From Candidatus Hydrothermarchaeum profundi (GTDB lineage Archaea; Hydrothermarchaeota; Hydrothermarchaeia; Hydrothermarchaeales; Hydrothermarchaeaceae), in assembly GCA_002011125.2 (NCBI GenBank), contig MTMF02000011.1, positions 1 to 13,208 of the forward strand: 13,208 nucleotides of DNA. Reading direction: 5' to 3'. Below the pieces are notes generated by a model. The model was not told the origin of the DNA, did no database searches, and saw only the letters and a program-made list of their open reading frames with translations. A program made the position numbers and the translations under genes. This document shows, one piece after another, positions 6,733 to 13,208 of this stretch; position 1 is the stretch's first letter, and the number at the start of each line of letters is the position of its first letter.

Positions 6733-8004
6733 ATGGGAGGGTTTACGCGAAGAGATTTTATAAAAAGAACTATGGCTATTGGTATAGGCTCTACTCTTTT
6801 TGGTACAACCTTAATGGGTTGTGCAGGAGAGAAACCTGAAGAGAAGAAAGAACCTATTAAAGTGGGGCATTTAGCCGATTTAACAGGCGGCTTAGCCATT
6901 TACGGTTACTCACACGATAAAACACTGAACGCTGCTGTTAGAAGAATAAACGCTGAAGGTGGAATAGGGGGAAGGCCGGTAGAGATATACACAGAAGATA
7001 CAGAATCCAACGTTTCAACCGCAACGACAAGAATGAGAAAACTTATCGAATACTACAAGGTGGATTTTATAATTGGTTCTAATCATTCAGGAATTAATAT
7101 AGCGTGCAATCCAATTGCGAAGGAATTAAAGACAATTTTCTGGCCAACATCTGGGGCCATTAGTATAACCGGTGACCAAGGAAATCGCTACGTTTTCAGA
7201 ATGTGTAGTAATGTTAGAAGTGAGATAAAAGGTGCTGCGAACTGGGCAGTTGAGAACCTTGGAAGAAAGTGGGCCACAATTGTAGTAAACTATGCTTGGG
7301 GATGGTCCAATGAAGACGAATTCAAGAAAAGAGTTTCGGAAGCTGGTGGTAAGATAGTTAAATCTATAAGGGCACCCATGGGGACTAAGGATTTCATACC
7401 CTATGTAAACCAAATACCGGAGGATGTGGATGCGGTTTTCATTGCCTTCTTCAGCACTGATCTACTTTCACTTCTAAAAGATCTTTATGTATTAAGACCA
7501 AACATACAAAAGATGGTTGCATTGTATGGACTAAGCGGAATAGATACAACAAAACTTGGTGAGATGGTTGAGGATGTTACTATAATAAGTACCTTCCCAA
7601 GAAGACTTGAAGGGTTCGATACGCCGTACACGAGAGAATTTAGAAAAGCTATCGGTGTAGATCCTAAAGGTAGGGAAGTAGGAAACCCTTCAATGATATA
7701 CGCACTGCCATACGACTGGGCAGTCTGGGAAGCAATGTTTGCGATGAAAAAAGCTATTGAAGAATCTGGATGGTCAGGCAAGGAAGATAACCCGGATTTA
7801 ATCAAAACCCTTGAAGGGATTGAATTCAAAGAGAGCATAGAATTCCCACAGGGTGATGTAACTATTAGAGCGCAAGACCATCAGGCATTCATGCAACTCT
7901 TTATCGAAGGAGTTAAAAATGGCAAGTTAAAAGTCTTGGCAAGAATTCCTGCTGAAGAAACAATATATCCTTATGAGGTAGATTTCACTCAGGAGGCTTT
8001 TTGA
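6733..8004 (+). CDS. ABC transporter substrate-binding lipoprotein, LivK/Peripla_BP_6 type, Tat-exported
   Basis: Start moved to ATG 6733. It has a twin-arginine motif TRRDFIK, an h-region and lipobox LMGC, then PIKVGHLADLTGGLA, INAEGGIGGRPVE.Y.EDTES, YAWG and IRAQDHQA. Confidence 0.92.
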   Translation: MGGFTRRDFIKRTMAIGIGSTLFGTTLMGCAGEKPEEKKEPIKVGHLADLTGGLAIYGYSHDKTLNAAVRRINAEGGIGGRPVEIYTEDTESNVSTATTRMRKLIEYYKVDFIIGSNHSGINIACNPIAKELKTIFWPTSGAISITGDQGNRYVFRMCSNVRSEIKGAANWAVENLGRKWATIVVNYAWGWSNEDEFKKRVSEAGGKIVKSIRAPMGTKDFIPYVNQIPEDVDAVFIAFFSTDLLSLLKDLYVLRPNIQKMVALYGLSGIDTTKLGEMVEDVTIISTFPRRLEGFDTPYTREFRKAIGVDPKGREVGNPSMIYALPYDWAVWEAMFAMKKAIEESGWSGKEDNPDLIKTLEGIEFKESIEFPQGDVTIRAQDHQAFMQLFIEGVKNGKLKVLARIPAEETIYPYEVDFTQEAF

Positions 8005-8029
8005 ATTTTTTAAAAGGTTCAGGAGGTCT

Positions 8030-8902
8030 ATGGTGCCAATTGAACCCACAATTGTTAATAAAATTATCCTAGCCATTTTGAATGGAGTTGTATGGGCGCT
8101 CATCATAGCACTGGTAGCTCTGGGACTTACCCTCATCTTTGGTCTTATGGATATAGTAAACATAGCCCATGGAGACTTCTACATGCTTGGAGCTGTATTA
8201 GCATGGTACGGAGTTGCTTTGTTCAATAATTTCTGGCTTGGTGCGGTAATGGCAATGATATTTACAGCGATACTTGGAGCTGTGGTAGAGCGTAGTATAA
8301 TAAGACCCGTTGAGGGGCTACCAGCATTTACAGTTGTAGTCACCATAGGCCTTTCATACATCATCCAACAATCCGTTTTGGCTACCTTTGGTGGTTCTCC
8401 TCAAACCGTGCCCGAACCTATCCGTTTAACCATAGAATTCTTAGGTATAAGATATCCTGCCTACAGATTGTTTGTAGCAGGAGTTTCAGGGTTGGCCCTT
8501 ATCGCTTTAGGAGTTTTCCTTTTTAAAACACCCTATGGACTTTGGATTAGGGCCTCTATGCAAGATAAAGAAATAGCAAGCGCAATGGGCATTAACGTTA
8601 GCAATGTTTACATCATGACATTTAGCTTGGGTGCTATGCTTTCAGCACTGGGTGGTGCTCTCGCAGCCCCTATAACACAAGTTTTTTACCTAATGGGACT
8701 AGACGTGCTTGCTATTTCATTTATTATCGTTATAATAGGTGGTCTTGGTAGCTTGAAAGGGACACTGATTGCAGCTTTCATCATCTCTCTCTTGGAGAAC
8801 TTCATAACCCTTGTAGCCACACCAACGGAAGCAAGAGTCATATCATTGCTTATAATGGGAGCAGTACTTCTGATACGGCCGAAAGGGCTTTTTAGCACAT
8901 AA
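8030..8902 (+). CDS. livH: LIV-type ABC transporter permease, LivH-like
   Basis: Hydrophobic, with motifs ALGLTLIFGLMDIVNIAHGDFYMLGA, KTPYGLWIRA, A.AMGINV and IIGGLGSL.G. RBS AGGAGG. Confidence 0.92.
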   Translation: MVPIEPTIVNKIILAILNGVVWALIIALVALGLTLIFGLMDIVNIAHGDFYMLGAVLAWYGVALFNNFWLGAVMAMIFTAILGAVVERSIIRPVEGLPAFTVVVTIGLSYIIQQSVLATFGGSPQTVPEPIRLTIEFLGIRYPAYRLFVAGVSGLALIALGVFLFKTPYGLWIRASMQDKEIASAMGINVSNVYIMTFSLGAMLSALGGALAAPITQVFYLMGLDVLAISFIIVIIGGLGSLKGTLIAAFIISLLENFITLVATPTEARVISLLIMGAVLLIRPKGLFST

Positions 8903-8905
8903 GGG

Positions 8906-9883
8906 GTGATAATCATTTCAAACAGTAAGATTAAAAATTTTAATATCATGAAAAACAGGCTCATATTGTATGTGTTGGTATTGGTAATATTGTTCTCGTT
9001 GGGTTTTACTCTTCCTACAGATATGCGATCCTTATCCATTGATATTTTTATTTTCGCCATTTATGCAATGGCCTATGACATACTTTATGGTTATACCGGC
9101 CAGTTTAGCTATGGCCAAGCCGTGTTTTTTGGGGTTGCAGCATACGGCCTTCTATTACCAGTACTTCATACTAATACAAATCTCTGGGTTTCATTAACAA
9201 TAGCATTGGTAATAACAGTTGTGTTTGGAATAGTGTTGGGCTTTTTAGCAGTTAGGCTTGGTGGGGCGTATTTTGTAATAATTACAATTATCTTCAATCT
9301 CACATTTTACTTAATAGCTCTCGATTGGATTTGGCTTACAGGTGGAGATGATGGGCTAACGTTTAGAGCTCCAAAAATAGAGTTTGGCGTGTTTAGTCTT
9401 TCGCTATATGATCCAGTTGTCACCTATTATTTCATGCTATCCTTTTTACTGGCAAGTTACCTAATTTTAAAAAGGCTGATATCATCTCCAATTGGTAAAG
9501 TACTGATAGCAATCAGAGAAAACGAGGAGCGAGCGCAATTAATCGGTTATAACGTTTTTCGATATAAACTTCTAGCATACGTTGTCTCAGCATTATTCAC
9601 TGGCTTAAGCGGTGCGCTTTATTCTCTAAGGACCCGCTACGCCTCTGCTGATTACTTTAACATAGCTTTATCGGTCCAACCTATAATATGGACCTTAGTA
9701 GGTGGCGCAGGAACTCTGACAGGACCAATAGTTGGTGTTATACTCATAAATCCCCTAATCTACTACATAGGTGTATGGTGGAAACACTACCTATCAATTA
9801 TAGGAGCACTCATGATTTTTGTTGTGATATACTCTCCCAAAGGGATTGTAGGCAATCTCATAAATAAAATAGAAAAAAGTTAG
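8906..9883 (+). CDS. livM: LIV-type ABC transporter permease, LivM-like
   Basis: Motifs GYTGQFSYGQAVFFG, GAYFVIITI, LTGGDDG, SPIGKVLIAIRENEERA..IGYN and VGGAGTLTGPIVG. The start is uncertain (GTG 8906 or ATG 8948). Confidence 0.92.
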   Translation: MIIISNSKIKNFNIMKNRLILYVLVLVILFSLGFTLPTDMRSLSIDIFIFAIYAMAYDILYGYTGQFSYGQAVFFGVAAYGLLLPVLHTNTNLWVSLTIALVITVVFGIVLGFLAVRLGGAYFVIITIIFNLTFYLIALDWIWLTGGDDGLTFRAPKIEFGVFSLSLYDPVVTYYFMLSFLLASYLILKRLISSPIGKVLIAIRENEERAQLIGYNVFRYKLLAYVVSALFTGLSGALYSLRTRYASADYFNIALSVQPIIWTLVGGAGTLTGPIVGVILINPLIYYIGVWWKHYLSIIGALMIFVVIYSPKGIVGNLINKIEKS

Positions 9884-9900
9884 AACAGGGAGGATAATGA

Positions 9901-10659
9901 ATGAAAGACTCAGAAAAAAGTATCATAATTGAAACACATGAGTTAACAAAGAGTTTTGGAGGATTAGTCGCTTTAAACAATGTAAATCTTAGAATTCCAA
10001 AAGGTGAACTCAGAGCCATCATTGGACCTAACGGAGCCGGGAAATCCACCTTGCTGAATACAATAACTGGACGTCTTACTCCAACCTCAGGAGAGATATA
10101 CTTTCTGGGTGAAAAAATAACTGGACTTCCACCACATGAAATAGCAAGGCGAGGAATAGCGCTGTCACTCCAAATAGTACAAGTATTTCCGAATTTGTCT
10201 GTTTTCGATAATATCTGGTTAGGAGTTAAAATGAGATTTAAGACGAGGAACCCGTTTATTCATTGGAGACAATTAAAGGTAATTGAGGAGAAGGTTATCG
10301 AGATATGCAAGAAGATCGGACTTGAAAATAAAATTGATGAAATAGCTTCTAACCTTTCTCATGGTGATCAGAGGCTTCTAGATATAGCAATAGCTTTAAG
10401 CACCAATCCGAAATTACTTCTCCTAGATGAACCCCTCGCAGGTCTAAGTGTTAAAGAAAGAAGGCATGTGAGTAACTTGATCAAGGAATTATCCCAAGAA
10501 AAAACTATTATCTTGATAGAACACGATATAGACGCAGTTATGCGATTAGCAGATAGAATAACAGTTCTAGATAGAGGTAGGGTAATTGCAGAAGGTACAC
10601 CTCGTGAGATAAGTGAAGATCGGCAAGTTCAGGAAGTTTATATAGGAAGTAGAGAATGA
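9901..10659 (+). CDS. livG: LIV-type ABC transporter ATPase, LivG-like
   Basis: KSFGGLVAL, Walker A GPNGAGKS, signature LSHGDQR, Walker B LLLLDEP, H-loop IEHD and C-terminal VQEVYIG. Confidence 0.95.
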   Translation: MKDSEKSIIIETHELTKSFGGLVALNNVNLRIPKGELRAIIGPNGAGKSTLLNTITGRLTPTSGEIYFLGEKITGLPPHEIARRGIALSLQIVQVFPNLSVFDNIWLGVKMRFKTRNPFIHWRQLKVIEEKVIEICKKIGLENKIDEIASNLSHGDQRLLDIAIALSTNPKLLLLDEPLAGLSVKERRHVSNLIKELSQEKTIILIEHDIDAVMRLADRITVLDRGRVIAEGTPREISEDRQVQEVYIGSRE

Positions 10660-10671
10660 TGAGGTGTTAAC

Positions 10672-11388
10672 ATGTTAAGAGTTGAAGATGTGGATGTGTT
10701 TTACGGTAAGAGTCATATATTGCACGGAATCGAAATGGATATCCAGCATGGCCAAATTGTGGCACTTTTGGGCAGAAATGGTGTAGGCAAGACGACTACT
10801 ATAAAGACTATAATAGGGATCCTAAAACCAAAAAAGGGGAGAATAATATTTGAAGGTCAAGAAATCTCCAAAATACCTACTCACGAGATAGCTAGAATAG
10901 GAATAAGTTACGTTCCACAGGGTCGAAGATTATTTAATAAATTAACAGTTCTTGAAAATATTATTATAGGACTTACAGTAAAAAAAGAATTAAGAAATAA
11001 TGAGTCTTATCAAGATAAAATAAAAAAAGTTTTAGAAATCTTTCCGCAATTGGAAAGTCTACTAAATAGGCCAGTAGAAACTCTAAGTGGAGGTGAACAA
11101 CAAATGGTCGCTATAGCTAGAGCATTGGTAACGAATCCCAAGTTGTTGCTAATGGATGAACCTAGCGAGGGTTTAATGCCTGTACTTGTACAAAAGTTAG
11201 GTGACACAATAAAATTAATTAATCAAATGGGTGTCACAATTCTCCTTACAGAACAAAACGTATCCATGGCTCTAAAAATTGCTGACAAAGTATATATAAT
11301 GGATAACGGTGAGATAAGATTTAAAGGAAACCCTACTAGGCTTTTGAAGGACGAAGATCTGCTTTTAAAATATCTAGGCGTAAGATGA
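10672..11388 (+). CDS. livF: LIV-type ABC transporter ATPase, LivF-like
   Basis: Walker A GRNGVGKT, YVPQGRRLF, LSGGEQQM, Walker B LLLMDEPSEGL, EQN and C-terminal YLG. RBS GAGGTG. Confidence 0.95.
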   Translation: MLRVEDVDVFYGKSHILHGIEMDIQHGQIVALLGRNGVGKTTTIKTIIGILKPKKGRIIFEGQEISKIPTHEIARIGISYVPQGRRLFNKLTVLENIIIGLTVKKELRNNESYQDKIKKVLEIFPQLESLLNRPVETLSGGEQQMVAIARALVTNPKLLLMDEPSEGLMPVLVQKLGDTIKLINQMGVTILLTEQNVSMALKIADKVYIMDNGEIRFKGNPTRLLKDEDLLLKYLGVR

Positions 11389-11395
11389 AATTACC

Positions 11396-11683
11396 ATGCT
11401 AAAAAATAAAAGGAAATTGTAAAGGAACCAAAAGTCTTTGAAAGAAACAAAGTACTTCCAGAAATCAAAATACTTGGCATAACAATGTACATCCAAACAT
11501 CCTCGGTAAGAAGAAGTGCCAGAATTCTGTCAGAGCTTCATCCAATCTCTAAAACATCAGTATGGAACTGGATAAAGAAGTTCAAAGAAAGTTGCCAATT
11601 ACAGCGGAGAGAAAACCAAGGAACCAGATAACAGATAAAACGGTTGTTGAAGCGGGAAAAAGAAGTATTACATCTATACGATA
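11396..11683 (+). mobile_element. Degraded IS6-family transposase, N-terminal (HTH) fragment
   Basis: Manual translation across several frameshifts gives ML.. / KEIVKEPKVFERNKVLPEIKILGITMYIQTSSVRRSARILSELHPISKTSVWNWIKKFKE / KLPITAERKPRNQITDKTVVEAG / KYYIYT. This is the archaeal IS6 HTH plus a decayed IDET motif. Confidence 0.8.
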
Positions 11684-11689
11684 AGATCT

Positions 11690-11960
11690 GTTTATAAGTT
11701 TGCAGTTCTGAATGTCCTTTTGATTGGGATTGTTGTAGCTACTATGGCATAACAATAAAATGAAGAGGAAGATGGGGAAATAAGCAAGCATATGAAGAAT
11801 AAATGGATGAAGTGGAGTGCTAAAGGAGCTGAGAATTTTGGCACTCTGCAGATGAAGATGAAGTGTGAGGAAGATATTTATGAATCGTTCGTTGAAATTA
11901 TGAAGCTAGATGGGAATATAAGATGAGAAGTGAATTTAAACTCATGATAGAACACGACCC
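11690..11960 (+). mobile_element. Degraded ISH6-like transposase, C-terminal fragment
   Basis: LWHNNKMKRKMG, a frameshift, then EISKHMKNKWMKWSAKGAENFGTLQMKMKCEEDIYESF. This resembles the ISH6-family C-terminal motif W..N..ER.MGE+sKR.K..WM+W. Boundaries are approximate. Confidence 0.65.
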
Positions 11961-11966
11961 AATTGT

Positions 11967-12923
11967 TTACAATTCCTCAAGCAATTCATAGTCAATTACA
12001 TCAACCATTAATTCCAGTTCAACGTTTATTCCTTGTTCTTTTAGTATTAGTAAGGGCGTCGAAGAAGCTACGATAGTTATACCTAATTGATCACTATTTA
12101 CTGGAAGTCCAAGAACTTCTTGATTGGGCTTACCTATTTTCAAAAATCCGTTTATCTTGCATTTCTTCAATTTAGCGGAGATATCAATAACCTCTTGGTA
12201 ACAAATACCTGGGATAACTCTGAATGTTGCTGGACACTCCCCACAACCATTAGTGAGAATGCTTAATGCTGAAAAAGACTTAGCACGAAAGAGGTCTACT
12301 GATGTAATAGAGGATGTCTCATACCCTACCATATCTATAAATCTAACAGGTTCACCATGTTTAAATTCGACCACTCCACCATATCTTAAATGTACGTTAA
12401 TTCCTCTTCTTAATAAAACACCATCAACTGCTATTCCATTTATGTAATACATCCCAACTTCATCCTCAGATAGTAGTTCACCGTCCTCTATGACTTTAAC
12501 TAAAGGAGATATAGCTAATTTTCGTTTATAGCATTCTTTAAATATATCAATTACTTCATCTAAATAATCTTTTTTAAACTTGCAGAAATTTACAAGTATC
12601 TTTCCTTTCTTTGTTTCTGGATTAAAATTAGACATGAACATGTATTCTTCCTTTCTAGTTAACAATGTACTGACTCTAGCCATAACATTTGCTCTTTCAA
12701 GTTCAGATAAACCTTTTTGAGTAATTTTTCTACCCAAATTCTTTACTTTAAAGACATACCCTCGTTCCTCAAGTATCCTCAGATGATACCTAATTGCAGC
12801 TTCGCTTAGTTCGATGCCAACTTCTTTCAGTTTTTCAGAAAGTTTTTTGGATCCCATTGGATCTCTTTCGTCTCTCAGTATTGAGAGAATAGTATGTCTA
12901 ATTTCTTCGTTAGATAACAACAT
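11967..12923 (-). CDS. NrpR-family transcriptional regulator (N-terminal winged HTH + single NRD/DUF128 domain)
   Basis: wHTH ILSILRD...PMGSKKLSEKL...GIELSEAAIRYHLRILEERG...GRKITQKGLSEL, followed by NRD-like FNPETKKGKILVN, VDGVLLRRGI...RYGGVVE...GEPVRFIDMVGYETSS, ATFRVIP and GKPNQEVLGLPV. At 318 aa it has a one-NRD (NrpRI-like) architecture. Confidence 0.88.
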   Translation of the reverse strand: MLLSNEEIRHTILSILRDERDPMGSKKLSEKLKEVGIELSEAAIRYHLRILEERGYVFKVKNLGRKITQKGLSELERANVMARVSTLLTRKEEYMFMSNFNPETKKGKILVNFCKFKKDYLDEVIDIFKECYKRKLAISPLVKVIEDGELLSEDEVGMYYINGIAVDGVLLRRGINVHLRYGGVVEFKHGEPVRFIDMVGYETSSITSVDLFRAKSFSALSILTNGCGECPATFRVIPGICYQEVIDISAKLKKCKINGFLKIGKPNQEVLGLPVNSDQLGITIVASSTPLLILKEQGINVELELMVDVIDYELLEEL

Positions 12924-12940
12924 TAAACGATTTTCGTCTA
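12924..12940. promoter_or_regulatory. Candidate operator, copy 3 (autoregulatory site)
   Basis: Minus strand TAGACGAA-A-ATCGTTTA directly abuts the regulator ATG, with 2 mismatches to the palindromic consensus. Confidence 0.6.
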
Positions 12941-12945
12941 ATGCC

Positions 12946-12960
12946 TATTTAAATTCTTCG
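12946..12960 (-). promoter_or_regulatory. BRE + TATA box for the regulator (probably leaderless mRNA)
   Basis: The minus strand reads CGAAGAA-TTTAAATA, then 22 nt to the ATG, with no RBS. Confidence 0.75.
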
Positions 12961-13208
12961 CTTTAATAGAGTTAAAATTAAAATTAAGATATTAACACAT
13001 TTATTTATACTTCCTTGTTCTCGTTGATAGAGATAAGCAAGTTCTAGGGCTTTCCACATTCAGTAACCTAATCTCTTAGCCATCTCACACCTTCTAACTT
13101 TAAACAAATAATCATCGAGCCTTCCCCAAAAAAGAAATATTCTATAATAAGGCCCTTACAAAACCACCACTTAAATCTTAACTCTAACAACTCTAAACCA
13201 AAAACAAC

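Noticed and set aside
7998-8014. T-rich run after the binding-protein gene as a possible internal terminator
   Set aside because: It is plausible for archaea, but short T-runs are common in this AT-rich DNA and the sequence alone cannot support it.
6591-12447. Short antisense ORFs over the transporter, IS relics and regulator (6591-6899, 7126-7413, 7485-7838, 7927-8163, 8179-8364, 8686-9060, 9858-10049, 11010-11207, 11582-11791, 12253-12447)
   Set aside because: They are shadow frames of real genes or of transposase relics.
1-13208. CRISPR arrays, tRNA/rRNA genes, or canonical NrpR boxes (GGAA-N6-TTCC) at the promoters
   Set aside because: None were seen by eye. The longer intergenic gaps are mostly accounted for by IS relics and promoters. 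An Infernal/tRNAscan run would be needed to exclude small RNAs.

Overview
AT-rich archaeal window, most consistent with an Archaeoglobales-like euryarchaeon (GGTGA/GGAGG ribosome-binding sites, BRE/TATA promoters, a Tat-lipoprotein solute-binding protein, archaeal-type IS6/ISH6 debris; the taxonomy is inference). It looks like a catabolic island for anaerobic breakdown of nicotinate/6-hydroxynicotinate or a related N-heterocycle. The leftward operon encodes enamidase (ena), a methylmalonate-semialdehyde-dehydrogenase-like CoA-acylating aldehyde dehydrogenase, a DUF1185 protein, a doubtful 100-aa ORF, a 6-hydroxynicotinate reductase (hnr) with an unusual N-terminal ubiquitin-like (MoaD/ThiS/SAMP) domain, a UPF0280/ApbE-like protein, and the start of a FixC-like flavoprotein cut by the window edge. 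A divergent five-gene LIV-type ABC importer and a convergent NrpR-family (wHTH + DUF128) regulator follow. The three promoters share an imperfect 17-bp palindrome (consensus TAAACGAT-W-ATCGTTTA) just downstream of the TATA box, a candidate new operator. Degraded IS6- and ISH6-like transposase fragments flank the transporter. No nicotinate dehydrogenase genes, RNA genes or CRISPR arrays are visible. All homology calls are from recognised motifs, not database searches.
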